A stretch of DNA of 58,445 nucleotides, counting the filler, from Sluysia triapertura (Eukaryota), in NCBI GenBank assembly GCA_046118255.1. It is 4 parts of 4 records of this genome, joined end to end, with 100 filler letters (N's around TTAATTAATTAA, not from the genome) between each part and the next. Parts side by side here need not be neighbours in the genome. Positions count along the whole stretch, not along the records: positions 1 to 19,252 come from JBJNIA010083143.1; 3 more parts are not named here. One strand, written 5' to 3'. Of the stretch, positions 1 to 14,900 are shown in pieces; the first letter of the stretch is position 1; the number at the start of each line of letters is the position of its first letter. The translations under genes were made by a program, and so were the position numbers. Below the pieces are notes generated by a model, which saw only the letters and a program-made list of their open reading frames with translations, did no database searches and was not told the origin of the DNA.

Positions 1-1245
1 CTGGATTAGACAGGTGGTTCTTAAATTGTAGATGATCATTAAGTGTAGAATCTTACATCTTCACATTTAGAATCACGTTATCTTAGATGTCGATACAGTT
101 TTCTTCGTGCCGATCAAGCGTTTCTTCATTTTATATCTTAAAACTTTCAATTTTATAATCATTATTCATTTCATTTTGATTTCAATAATGATATTCCAAT
201 TTCATTTATTTATGATATTTACATCGTCATAATTTCGCCAGTTTTAATGTAGTGATTATTTGTTTTCTTAGATCTTTACCTTTTCTTCTCAATGATCATC
301 ATTGTATTTCTTGTATCAACGTCATTATCGTCGTCATAATCTTCATCTTTATTTTTACTTTGAACAGTAGCTTTCTGGCAGCAGATACTTTTGTCTTCAA
401 CAGATTTTATATTTAATTTCAAGAACATCTGAAGTCATTTTGAATACAACTTTCTTGTGGTAAGGATCAGAATGTTTTTCGTTTTATGACCTTAGATATT
501 GTGGTAAGATATTTTTATAAATTAAAAATTAAATTAAATATTTTTCTGCTAATCTGCATGCATTGCTGTCAAATAATAGTAACTTTAATAATTTCTTATT
601 ATCCTAAAAATTCAATTTTCTAAAATAAAATGTTTTCAATTTGTGTCTTGTAATGATTATCAGTTAATTTTGTGCTTATATTGCTCCAATGAAATATGAA
701 TTAGCAGTCAATGTAGCCAATAGGCTAAAATATTGCTTGTCTTTGTGACAATAATGAGAATGATGAGTATTATTGATATTATTAATACTGTCATTGTTAT
801 ATTTGTTATATTATTATATTATTATCAAATCGGCTTACATTTAGCTCACTTTCAGACAATCCTCCAAGTAAGATTTTATTAGCAATTTCTCCTTTGTCGC
901 ACAATATATCTATGAGAATGTCTTAAAATAATGAAAATCAGATAAATGAAAATTCTGCCGGAACTTTGGAATCCAGTGTGACTTGCAAGACATTACAGAG
1001 GACGACGATAAGATCATCTTTGAACGATTTATAGTTAGTGGTGTTTTTAAACACACACACATGTCATTCATTTTCATGTTTTTTGTATACTTAGAAATTT
1101 CATATAATTCTCTACTTCGTAACTTTGTTTTTCGATAGATCAAAATAGAACATTCCCCAAAAAGTAAGCCCTAGTGTAAAAAGCTTTTTTTACAATAAAA
1201 AAAGTAAGAAATTGTTTTAGTTATAATAAGTACAAGTGTGTGGAG

Positions 1246-1587
1246 TAGGGATAGCGAACCTTTTTTGATATTCCTGCCACAAAGTCAAAAAAAATTCTTT
1301 TTTAAATAGCTAAAAAAATGTTTGCGTGTTGAAACTAAACGTAAGTATAATTAAATAAACAAATGAAAATTTTATCTAATGCGTATCTTTATATACAAAA
1401 TAAAATGTCTAATTTGGCGGTTCTAGTTAACATACTAAAATAGCTATTCAGTACTACAAATTTATATCATAAATTATAAATTAAGTGTAGATTAATAATT
1501 TTAAATTCATTTCTATCAAAAAAGATAACTTATAAAAAAATTTTTTTCTGCGTGCTATCAAAACTTTCAAACGTGCCATTGGTTCGC
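1246..1587 (+). mobile_element. hAT-type MITE remnant
   Basis: Left end TAGGGATAGCGAACCTTTT and right end CGTGCCATTGGTTCGC form an inverted GCGAACC/GGTTCGC pair. Internal GCGTGC/CGTGCC motifs are typical of Buster/Charlie-type hAT ends. Confidence 0.55.
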
Positions 1588-2189
1588 AAAGTAGTATTCC
1601 AATCTGAAAGGGAGAACGATCCCAGATTTCAAGCGCGGAGTAAGAGAGGATTCGGTAAGTGTAACAAATTGGAATGCTTTAGCTCAGATCAAGACTGATA
1701 GATACTTGCTTTCTGTTTAAGATATTGGGAAATTTCGATCCCCAATTCAATTCATTAATTACTTTCACCTCACATGGACTTCTGAAGGTGTGTCAAGAGC
1801 TTCGATATTATATTAAAATAAAGATAAAATTACTACATGCTAATAAATTTAATGAATGCAAAATTTGAATTTGAACTTATTAAGTCACTCATAATAGAAC
1901 TAAGTCAGGATTTACTACTTATTAAGAATTTCAAATTTCAAGATTCAATTGTTTTATTTTAATCATGTTTTTCGATAGATTGAATTTCCTCTATATTACA
2001 AGTAATATTAAAAAGCTACTATAGAATCGAAACTGATGATTTAGAGAAAATCACTGTTCTAGAAGTAGTATAGTTAAACATTAGCGGTAGAAGTTGTAGA
2101 AGTTAAACAATAAGGCAAATTTAAGTTGTACTTAAATAAAGCATACATAAAGTGTAATAAAAATATATTTTTAGTTTTTATGTTACACA

Positions 2190-2600
2190 ATACATGGAAA
2201 TTGTGGATTGTCATAAATTCCATGTTGTTATTTGATGAGTAACTGAACTATTTTGGTAATTGAAAATTATTCGGAATTTGTAAAATATAGTTCAATGAGA
2301 GAATATTTGTGGTCAATGGAAATTAGCAGCAAGAATTTGTGAATAAACATTTTAGATACACCGATAAGTATTGGTATTATTTAAAATAGGGTGTTTGTAA
2401 ATTAATGAGATTTGTTTAATTAATTAATTAGGTAAATTAAGTACCCTGCAAATACTATCGTTAAACAGAAACCATTTGTCTGTGTGGCGATTGCGAGCAT
2501 AACAAATGTAATGTCCCATTTGTAAATTACCCAAGTGACAAATCACTGCGAACAAACTATAACAGGATTCACTGGAAATCGAATTCGACATTTCAGAGTA
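2190..2600 (+). pseudogene. Possible leucine-rich-repeat gene remnant
   Basis: GKLSTLQILSLNRNHL (2431-2478, after an AG) fits LxxLxxLxLxxNxL. The flanking frames are broken. Confidence 0.3.
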
Positions 2601-5600
2601 GTTATCTTCACAGTTTCGATCTTCTTAATATAGGAATAATAATAATAATAATAATAATGATCCAAATCCTCTCACGTAAAACTAAGACCACCCTCCGCTT
2701 TAAATCACTAGAAACTCAATTCGTTTTGTAATTACTAAAATAGCTGAATGTTTACAAATACATATGCCTGAAGTAGAACTGTTGTCCTTCACTTCTCTAC
2801 CACCGCATAAATGTATAAACATTACAAATAACCGATAAAAGCAATTATTCAATACTTATGATAAATTGCTTAAGTAAACTATACACTTCTGAACGGTATT
2901 GAAAGTTTAAAATACACAAATAATTATGGAGTCTCGTGCTTTAAGACCACTATGAATAATAATAACTGTGGTACTTGTGTGCAGTTCCCAAAAATTAAAA
3001 TAGAGACATAATTGTTCATTATAGACAAAAAGTTTATGAACACATCAAGTATAATTAAATATAAATAAAATTTTGTGGAAAGCTGGTAGAGCTTATCAAG
3101 GATCATGTTATCTACTAATATCAAAGCTTGGATAATTTTTAATAAAATACATCTTAAAAAACGTAATTTGTTTTATTTGAATCAAAACAAAAAAAATTAT
3201 ACACAGTTATATAAATGTATACGAATTGTTCTAACTGTTGTGGGTGGAAGATTCATTATTCGTGCAAGCTCGCCTCTTTTAAAACGATCTAATACATCTA
3301 ACTTAATCTTTCAACTACTTTACTAAGTTTTCTTAAGTTTTAAAGTGAAATACCATCTTTTTACTGTACATTTCAATAAATTATTTTTAATATTTCGTAC
3401 ACTATTAGCTTTAAAGATAAATAATTTCTTTTAGACAAAGATTCATCTAACGAAATATCTCAGCAAAAAAATAATTGGTTAAATCCTTAATTTTCGATCA
3501 CTTAAGTATTTTATTTTTAACGTTACATCGAAACTTAAAGCTTGGATTACCTGTATTTTCTAACATGAATAACTGAAAATTCTAATTTATCTATCTGTAT
3601 GACAACTTGAATTAGATTTTATGGATAAAAATAACGAACCTTTTTATTGCTATTCTTATATATTGTTGGTAATTTGCAATTCTCAACGTGATTTACCCTA
3701 ATAGTGTGGCCAACCTTACTAGCTTAAAATTATTACTATTGAAATTATACCTAGACTTCACAGTTATACTATGTAAATTAAATTTATAATAATTAATTAC
3801 TTCATTTTGTAAAAACACATAATAATAAGGTCTTCATATGTCATAATCGGACAAGATAGGATCATTTTCTACATGTTATATCACTTTTGTACTCTAATTT
3901 GTTATTTTTATTAATTACTTCACAATCTTCATTAATATTTTTTAATGAAAATCGTTAAACAAATCTTTTACAGAATAATTTTTTTAAAAAGATGAAAATA
4001 TAACCTTGACATTATATAAACAAATGAACAAAAATAAAATGCAAAAATTAATTATATCAATTTAATTTTAAGGTAAATGGAAAGATTTAAGAAATAGAAA
4101 CAAAAAAATTATGGTTAAATATAATTAATTGAATTTTTGCAAAAATTAATTATATAAAATCCATAGATATTAGAGTTGCATCACAACGATACCAAACATT
4201 CCATAAATTATAAATTACGTAACACATTTTCTTGAATTATTAAGTATGATTCCAAAAATTGTTGCCTCTTCAATAATAATATTATTATTATTAAAATAAT
4301 AACAATATAAATGTAAATAAAAAATTAGAATAACAGTAATAGTAATGAATAATATCCGTAATATAATAATAATATTAAATAAAGGCCTTGCTAATAATTA
4401 TAAGTACAAAAACGCATTTAGTACTAATGTATCGAATGACTTTTATGATCATAAGCACAAAATAAATACGTACATGAATATTTAAAATTCGCATCATTGA
4501 TTGATTAACGCACAAATGATTAAGAGTAATGTGTCTGAACCACAGCGATTTTATTTTTTGGCAGAGTAATGAATTGATATTACACAAAAATAGTACAATT
4601 AGTCATACAATGATAGATAAAGCGCAGTTTAGATTACAACTGTAAATAATTAAACTTGACAATTAAACACAATTAGCCATTCTTTGCAATTGAATTATTA
4701 ATGCGAATTTTTTCGCTTAATATTCTAATAACATTTACAGTTTCATCCACTTAACTGATATTCTGTACATAAGTAGCTGAAAATTACTTCTGATTTAAAA
4801 ACAAAATTGACGTTATTTTTTTATTATCGGAAGCGGGCACATTTTAAATAGTGCGATTAACTGATAGTTAGAATCTTTTTGTGAATCATTTTTGCAGATC
4901 ATTTTAAAGAGGCTTATAAAAACAAATTAAATTTAAAATGTTTTTCAACTACAGAACTCTAATCTAGTAATATTTTATTTTTATCTAATTTTTAGTGCTT
5001 ATTGTTCTTTATCTGTAAAAATATTAATTGATTTATTTAAGTGCTGATCTGTCAACACAATAATTCCACCCATTATTAAATATCAGAGTCTATTTCCAAA
5101 AGTATTTTAAAGATGACTGTAAAAGATCAGTAGATATTCTAATTTAAATAGTTATAAAGTCATAATTTTTTTCACTTTAAAATCTCTTTTAGATGTTACT
5201 TTAAATACTGTAAAAACGTTGATAAAAAAGTTTTTTCCGAATATTATACACAAAATTTTGACGAGTAGTGTAGTAAATTACAATCAATCAATTAATAATC
5301 CTTAGAATATTCGCATTTTATTTAATAACATGTTAGTCATTTAGATCTTAATTTTTGATCTGAAGAAATCAAGGAAATATAAGAGATAGACTTCCATAAA
5401 CTTCTATAACTTGATTCTTTTCCAAAATCATGTGGACCTGTATCACAGACGAACTCTATTAAACTATATTATTTATGATAAATCATTTGATATAAAATCA
5501 TAATTTTTATATTAGTGCTATCGTTATAGCTATTATTAAAATTATTTTCTATCAATTATTATTTAATTTAAACGTTTCAAATATAATAATTAAATAATTA

Positions 5601-8600
5601 AATTGGTTTTAAAATAATAAATTTTAATATAATTAACAAGCTTTACTAGTTAAAAGATTTAGAAAATAATGTTTGTGCTCAAATAATCACATTACAAAAA
5701 TAATTAACGCAGCACTATTGGTAATTAATATATTTTTTATTGGCAAATTATCTGCATTAAAAATTTTATTCGCATTTATAACATCTTATTAGTGCATTAA
5801 ATTTTTAAGATTTCATGGAAGGTATAAAAGGTATGGCACACAAGTAAAACCTTCTTACAAACTATATTGCCAAAAAGAGTAAAGTTTCAAAGATTCACAA
5901 GTGTATCGTCAAATTTAGTTTAGAAGTCAAATTTAGTTTAATACTGTTAATTTTGGTCAGTGATCTTTATTCCATCAAGTAATTCTAAGTGGTAATCAAT
6001 CAAAGAACATAATCGAGTCATTTTTATCTGTTCCATGAAATCATAAGATATTTATTATTAAGTTTTTAATCCTACAATTGCTGCAGGATCAACTTTGAAG
6101 TAAACTATCGAAATTTTGAATCCAAGAATTAATCCTGGATTAATCTTTAAATTAAAATCTTGAAATTTATATCAATTAAAAAAGATCTTAATAATAATAA
6201 TAATAATAATTATTATTATTATTGAAGTTGTTTTATTAATTTATTTCGATCGATTTTATAATAAAATATTCAGTTTTTAATTATTCACTTTCATAAGATT
6301 AACGTGAAGAGATAATTAATTCAAAGATAAAGAAATAATCATGAGTGTTTTATTTTAAAGTTTAGAAATTAATTCGCAAAAATATAATTAATAATTAAGA
6401 AAGACTATAGTACATTGTTATTTAATTATTAATACAATTTAATTATTAATAAAAAAATAAAGGAAAGATCTTCACTAAGAATAATAACGCATTAAAGCAT
6501 ATGTAACCGTTATTAATAAATAGAAAATTTTGCATTAAGAACAGAGGACTCTTTATCGCAGAATTTGGGGACCAAAGCCTTCTTTGCATACAAACCACTG
6601 ATTTTAGGCGAACCCGTATAATTTAACTATTTTTGCCGATTTAAGTTGAAATCGCAGCAGATAATTTAAATGTAGAAATGTTAAAAATTGGTGGTATGGT
6701 TATATTTTAAATGTTTTTAAAATCAGCTTGGATTTTAATATTATAACCAAAGTTATAATATTAACTAATTCTCTTAGGATCAGAATTCTCAGTGGCTGTT
6801 ATTTAGAAGTTAAATAAGAACTTAATCTCAGACGTCTTTTTAAAATTATCTTTAAAATTGAATGTAATCTTAGAATTACAATAAGAGTGATACTTCATCA
6901 ACACATGCTATTGCTAAAAGTAATAATTTCATTCAATTTTATTTTATATTTCAGTCGTTCAGTAATACAGTTGAGGTTTCTTTCCAACTCAATACCTGAT
7001 AACGAAGAATTGCCGGAATTTTTTAAATTATTATAATCGTTTCTATATTAAACATAACTCATTTTAAAACTTTGTTCGATAACTTAATGTACTTCATCAA
7101 ATGGGACATTTTGATTTTTAATTTTAGAGGGAAATGATCTATCCTTAAACCAATTAGAAAAATAAAAACTCATAAGTATCATATTAATCATGTTAAACAC
7201 TAAATATATAAAAGTTTTATCAAAAATATGACGAAATCGAAACTGTTTGACTTGACATTGTCATATCTCAACAAAATAAAAGATGATAACAGTTGGAATA
7301 ATGTAATAAAATAATAATTAATGATATAAATTATTAAATAAAATGAAATTTAAGATTAGGGCATTACGCCCATTAATCTGTTGGGCTTGGTTAAAGTTGA
7401 AGTAAACACAAGGGTTATAACAATTAGTATAAAAACAAAATTAGGAATTAAGATAAAACATTACGATGAATTGTGATAACAAACTAAATCAAAATAAAAG
7501 AATGAAAGAAACGAAGAACTAACTCTTTATAAGTGTTACTTATTAAAATATTATTTTACATTTATTAATTAATTAAATTAAAAATTTTTTAATTTAATAA
7601 TTTAGTGAAAAATGTCTATACATGATAAATAATAGTAGAATTTGTGTATAATAATGAGTTTTATTAGTATTTTTAATGCTGAGCACGTCCACTCAGATAG
7701 GGTAAAAATTAGTCTAATTAGTTTTATAATCTAAAATGAAATTTATATATGCTGTGATACCTAAGTGTAATTAAAGTATATATTAAATTAGTGCTCATTA
7801 AGATACCAACTCAAATATGTTATTGAAATCGACATAAAGCGTACGTTTTACACATGACATATTATATAAAATATTCTTATGGAAAAGAAATTTAATATTT
7901 AATTAGGTTTATGCTTATTTTAAGTTGATGAATTATTTTAATTATAATTATTATTATATAAAATTTTGATTAGATCATGCTAATAAGATAAGGAGATTGT
8001 TCATCGCAAATCCCACTTGTAGTGTCACAGCTGTAAACCGTAAACCTCATATTTTAGTAAGCACAATCTAAACATAAACATAAGCACAATTGCAAACATA
8101 ACTCACATCAACTTCATTTATAAATATTTCATCCACCTCATAACTTCACCACATTCCATTTAAACTATAAAACTTAGATAACAGGATCACCAATACGTAA
8201 AATCATCGTAATCTACAAATTATATTAAGCTATCATAGGTATTTTTGTTGATATCTCCTTTTTCGTCTACTTTATCAGCACGCCAAAAATTCTAATATTG
8301 CCTATAATCTATTATGCAGATGTATTTATTGCTAAATGTTGAATCAGAACTTTTTTGTAAAACCTTTAATGCTTGTTATATGTTTAATCATATTATCGTT
8401 GTACGAAAGTAAAAGAATGTTTAAAAAGAAAGAAAATTGAACATAAATTTTAAAGTCTAGCAGTGTACATATTTAGAAAATTCTCTTATTAATGCATTTT
8501 TATGATTCAATTTTTATTTAAATATTTGCGAATGTTGAAAAATTTATTTATGTATCATGTTAAATTAAAACTTTTCAATAGACATTTTTTTAAATGAAAT

Positions 8601-9924
8601 ACAAAGTACTCGTGAAATCTTTTTGTAAGAGATGTTATGAACAAATTTTGTGAACAATGTTTTATCAAACAATTTAAAATTTGTTGTTTATTTGATTATA
8701 TTATTTTATTTGATAATGTAAATATTATAAATAGAATACTAAATTAACAAAAATAGTTCAAATAAAAAATTAAAAAAAACAATTTAATAAAATATTAAAA
8801 TGATACAGTTTGCCAGTGATAACATGAAGCAAGAAGTATCACATTCGAATAATGCGACGTTTTACTTATAGGAACACTTAGATGTCAAGTTTCGTGTTAC
8901 GATTTGTTAAATATCTATGTAATTGTTTCCTTGCAAAGTTATGTCGATGTTAAAGATATTATATGTGCAGTTTTGAATGAAATGAACTGTGTGAACAATG
9001 AGAAATTAAAGTGATACGAAATTTATTTGCTTTGAAGTGTATTTTTTAAACCGTAAAAGTATCAAGTCGAATGAAGATAAGATCATATTACAAAATCCAG
9101 ACAATGATATCATAAATACATTTTTAAATATAAATTTTCTTAGTATAAATGAAGTCATTGATTTTAAGACTTCTATTTACTCGTTGAAACTTTTAGTAGT
9201 TTGATTGTAATGTCATGTTGAGTACGCGTCTTTGAATATAATTTTTAACGTATTGGAAGATAATCGCGATATTGATTGCATGAATGGAAATTCTTGGTTC
9301 GATTACCACGAACTCACGATTCGTGTCGAAACTTTACTACGTGCATCTGGAACTTATCCGAAAGCTGCGAATACGAGGTATTAAGAACTTTAAAATTATG
9401 AATTTATGTTGTATACGTTCAATATATTTCAACTGATATTATTTAAGCTTATTTACTTTTAGCAACTTTTAAAATGATTTTCACTCGGTCAGTAAAATTT
9501 TTACAAAAAACAAAATTTCTTCAACTTTTAAATTTTATAACAATATCCAGGACCTTAAGTCCAATTTATTATCATAAACTAAACGCTTTAATTTTATAAG
9601 ATTGTCATAATTTTCCAAAATTAATAATGACTAACGCCTCACGCTACAGTTTTTATACTTTTCTTCTTTCTTACAACCAATCTTGCGATTGAAGTTATTA
9701 AATTTCATCTGTTTTTAATTCGTCGACGTAAATCCAATTATATGCTTACGAAATAGTATAATCTACCTGCGTAGTGGTTCGTTCTACGCAGCTGATCTTG
9801 TAAAGTTGAAGATATAGTTATTTAAATTATCATCGCAGAGTAATTTCTTTAACATTTACATTGGTTTTTATTACTTTACGTAAATTGTGCAGCTTATTAT
9901 TTTTTGTGTATAATAATATGAAAC

Positions 9925-10265
9925 GTGAGTCTCCTAAGATCATAGTTTTACACACTTAAGGGCTAGTCCGCAGGTTTCAGAGAAATTAACTGTTATTGGA
10001 GGTTTAATATCTATTTTGAGTACTTATTTAAATTTTTCTTCGCTTAATTTATACTGTTACTTATTAGTAATTGTAATAATTTACTACCGCTTATTCTTAA
10101 AATTCAATAATTTATCGTATGAAGGTAAAATAATGTAGATTAATTCTATAAAAATTTTTCGCTCGGGTAAGTAATTTTGTTTAAATTGAATTATATTTTG
10201 CTATTGTATATTTAAAAACACGTGACTTATAAATTTTGCGACCGATTAAAAAATTCGGCTCGACA
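9925..10265 (-). repeat. Dispersed AT-rich repeat with a 45-bp conserved motif
   Basis: 10020-10265 (reverse complement) aligns with 33710-33975, for example ATAAATTATTGAATTTTAAGAATAA. The motif at 9925-9970 recurs at 28862-28907 and 33521-33561. Confidence 0.7.
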
Positions 10266-10959
10266 ACTATAATTTATAATTCTTCATAGATTTAATTAAG
10301 TTCACTATATTCTTTATCTTCAAGAAACAAAATAATTTAGACAAATTATATTAATAAACTTATGGATACAATGTGATATAAAAAGACGATAACAAATTAT
10401 ATTAATTATTAATTATTTTAATTTTGTTATTGTACAATAAATAATGAATTAAATTTAATTTTAAATATTTCGAAATCATATTAAAAGATTCGAACATAAA
10501 TAATATTAAATTTAATTTAAGTACATTTTACTACCATTAATTAAAGAATGGTAAAAAATTATTACAATATACTAACAATTAGCTTATTACTCAAGAAGTA
10601 TAAAGTATTGTATCAACCCGAACTAGAGTAAAACAATTTTCCAACAGAATAACGATGATGTTCGATCTCAAATGATAACAATATGTAAACAGAAGGTTGA
10701 ATATTTTGTGTGATATTAACATAATTTTGTATGTATATATATTATGCAATATTTTGAACTTGTAAGGTCGAATGAATTTATATAAACATTAAAATTAAAA
10801 AAATATTTTGTTAATTTTTCATTCTTATTTATTATTGTAATTATTAAACATAAATAATTTTATTATTATAATTATTAATAATAACAATTTTAAATATTTA
10901 AATTTAGACAATAACAAAATAATTGAATTTGAAATGTCAGTTAGTTAACCAACTACATT

Positions 10960-11950
10960 ATTAAACATTGAACAGTGATATTTGATGAGCATGTATTTGT
11001 TTTGTTTGAAAAGGTTTGTGTAATTGTGGTGGGTGTACGTATTGTTATATCTGATGTGCTGGTGTGCTGTGGTGATAGTTTAGGAATTGCAGTGTGTGGT
11101 ATTTTTGTGTCGCTTTGTGAAAATGATAGTGTGTTCTATTGATTGTAAAGGGTACATACTTATTAAGTTAAGGTTGATCCGTGTCTTCGTGATAGTTTAT
11201 TGGTTTGAAGTTTATTGGTATTATTTTCATGTGATAGTTTACCAGGAAATATTGATTGAAATTTGTTGTAAGTTTTCGTTCATTTGGTGGATTACGTTTA
11301 TTAGTTGTTCTCGGTCGATTTTGTTGATGTATTTGTTTTGATGGTTTCTGTTGGGTGATATAGTTCGGTACGTGTTTGAATTGAGTGCCCAACAGACACG
11401 CTTTTGTTGAGTAGTTGTATTGTTGAAATTTGAGCTGTGGTATTTTTAATATCGATTTTGTCCCCTTGTGGCGGTTTGATAATATAAAATTAAATGTAGG
11501 TATATTGTTGATTGTTGATTGACTTAGTGTCCATTTGTTTGTTGGTTTCTTAATTGTCTGATTACGTTCGGCAAATGTATACTTGTTCTTGATGAGAGTT
11601 GTTTTATCCGCTTGTACGGTATGATTTTGTTGATGTATTGTGCGGTTATAGAGTTTTGAATTTATTTGTTGAGATGTTTGTATGGTAGTTGGAAGATATT
11701 ATCGCTTGCATGTGTAGATTTATGAATAGATGTAGATTTGAAAGGAGTTGGCTTTCCGTGGGGTAGTCTAGTGTTGATGTGATGTATTGGTAAAGTATTT
11801 GATAATGTGACTACATGTTGTTTGTTGATGTTATATTTTATATTTTGTGATTCATTGACGGTTAGGTGGGTTATGTCTTTATCCAAGGTTAATTTCATTG
11901 TTTTGAATTTTCCTGAATATGTTGTCACTTTCTGTGACGCTGGGATTATA
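10960..11950 (-). mobile_element. Decayed non-LTR retrotransposon (reverse transcriptase region)
   Basis: The minus strand is strongly C/A-rich, with broken frames giving INTRLPHGKP (GvPQG-like), QADKTTL (YADDT-like) and QYFLVN (KYLGV-like) in RT order. Confidence 0.45.
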
Positions 11951-14900
11951 AATGATTTTATTGATATTATTGATATTAATATTGTTGATATTATTATTGA
12001 TTTTATGACTTTTGTTAATATGAACACCGTTGTGATCCTTATCATCATTATGAACACCACCAAGAATAAAAATTAGAACGTTGAAAGATTCAAAATTGAC
12101 TATGAACTTTTCATCCTGACACCATTTTATTGTGGAAAACAGTGGATTATTATGATTTTTATGTTTACTATTAAGTTTATTATAAAAATTATTATCTTTA
12201 TCCATGTAATTATAATTATAATAATGAAATGAGTGCTTCAGACACGTAAAAAATTTATTATTACAGTTGTTATTATAAATATACAAGTACAAATAACTAA
12301 AGAACATTTTATTAATTTCAAAAACATAGTACACGCTTGTTCATAAGTCACTTTACGTCAATGTATAACAGTATATCGATCATAACAGTTATTAGACTAA
12401 CGAAATTGTTCAAGAGCACGGTAAAAGATGATGTTGCAACGCACCTGTAGGTTACCGTGTAGGTCATGTCTCGGAGGATGCGTGATTTCGGAAGACCGTC
12501 CTAATCATACGTTTCATCACTTTACAGTAATTAGTTTCTTAAAAAGTGAGCTTAACGCATCTATGTCAATCTTTATATCATCACATACTTCACAGTCTTT
12601 ATTAAGCATTCTGAAATGACATGTAATCCGGTTTCTTATACTGTACAAACCATAAAAACTATAAAGACTAAAAGTAGACTCAATAGTCATAATGAAAACA
12701 TAGCTTTATAAAAAAATTTGTGATCAGAGCATAACATTTAGCTAAATATTGTATTGATGACTGTAAAACCATTTTTACATTTTCACCTTTCATAGGCACG
12801 GCACACATACTCGCCAGTTCATTGTCTATGACTACTCTGACTTATTATATTAAGACCATAAGAATGAATCGCAAATCTTTCGAACTTTTAATTCGATTAG
12901 GTTCTTATTCAAAATAGCACTTATATTTACAGTTACATATGGTCAAGTCGGGTGTTATAGAATTAATTTTGAAAGCATTCTAAAGGATTTTAATTCAAAC
13001 ATATATAAAGTATTAAGCTATAAAATCGTTGGGCTCGAATAAATCAAAATTTGTTACTAAATAATTCATAAATAATTTTTTGGTTTATTTTCTTTCTTTC
13101 TTATTTGTGACTGAACTGATATCAGTATGTCTTAGTTATCTGAGCATTAGTGAAAATAAGTACGACTTTAAATACTATTATCCTCTTGGATGCTTTTAAC
13201 ATAAAAACTTCAATTTTATTTTTCAATGCCAAAAAATTTTTAAAATAAATTAGGCTTCTTCTATAGTAAGCGATTTATATCGCTAGGAAGGTCGTTTTTG
13301 ACTTTGGTGCTACTCCTCTAATATTACCATAGGTAATTTTTATTTGACTAGTCCGAATATATTCGATTTTTCCTATTTATGGTTAACTTTACTATTTTGA
13401 TTTGTGCGAATTTCCCTTTTCAATTGAATGAATTTAAAGCAACCAGACTTATGATATGCTCGTACAACAAAATTATATTATTCTGAGAAACAAATATTTA
13501 TAAGATAGAAAACTTTGTATTTTATTCCTTACTAACGAAGGAAGAAGTTATTAAATTAAAACTTATGAATTTTCTTAGAAGATTATACTCTTCTGAACTG
13601 TTTAATCTTTCAAATCAAAATTTGAATACGTGTAGATTTCCCAAGTAAAATTGAGTGTGCGCATATTTATACCAAATAATCAATCGAATATAATTATTTC
13701 TTCAATGATTAGTTTCAGCATTATTGTTAATATATTTCAATGCCACATTCTAAATTTTTTTACAATAATTTTACTCTTTGTTTTTGTTTCAGCGATATAC
13801 AAAATAATTTTATATTCCAAAGTCGTATAAAATTATATTACTTCAATTTTATTACCATTATAAAACTTTATTTTTAAATGTCTTATTATTACTTATTAAA
13901 TATTTAAAGCGTGCCAGAAAGTACTGTGACAATTACAATGATGATATAGTGACAGTGATGACCTTGATAAAAATAATAATGATGATGATGATAGTACAAT
14001 TTTAAATATTACTATGACTATTCGTAATTACAATTATATTATGATTATAATATTGTAAAAGTTAGTTAAAATAAAATGCAACTAATTTTATTAATATTAA
14101 TATTACTATTATTATAAAATTTAATTAATTATTACAATAAGACCAATATACCTTATTATATTTACCATAGCTGTAGAGAAATATTAAAAGTTTGACATCT
14201 ATCATTAATAAAATAAAGATAAAATATGAATAGATTGTTAGACATATGGACTTGACTTGGCATAATTAATGGATAAGATTTGTAATAGAGGTATTTTGAA
14301 ATGTAATTCGAGAAAGAGAACATGAAACGTAAAAAATGTTGGATATTTGTTGGATGAGTATATTGCTGGCGTTAGCTGACATTTTTATTTACTGATATTT
14401 TGTTTTTTATTTTTATGTTTATTTTTATTTATTTAAATGATTTTATAATATTGGTATTTAAATATTTTTTAAATATTAATATTTGCTCATTGTAAATATC
14501 ATTATTAAAATATTTTATATTATTTACTAAAATAAGTAAATAGTTTTAAAAAATAACATAAATATTCAAGATGGCGATTTTTTTAATATATAAATACAAC
14601 ATTTTTTTGATATAATTTGGATATAAATTATCAAGGAATTAAAATCAATCTTCGACAATGACTGACGCAATTTCAATGCCCATGGATAAGTGACGTTCTT
14701 TGCATTAAGTTTTTTAAATTATCCTTAAATTTTTACTTAAAATCTGTTATTTTTTCCTAGCTTAACTTCAACTTAAAATCACTTGTATTCACATCTAAAA
14801 AGTAATCTTAAGGTGTTAAAATCATTATCGTTATTATAAGTATTATTTTATCATTTTGTTATGCATTCTTGTAAATTTTAGTTCATTGCATAAAATATAT

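Noticed and set aside
11087-12334. Cluster of hydrophobic or Asn-rich ORFs on both strands
   Set aside because: By-products of strong strand skew in a decayed retroelement; no coherent protein.
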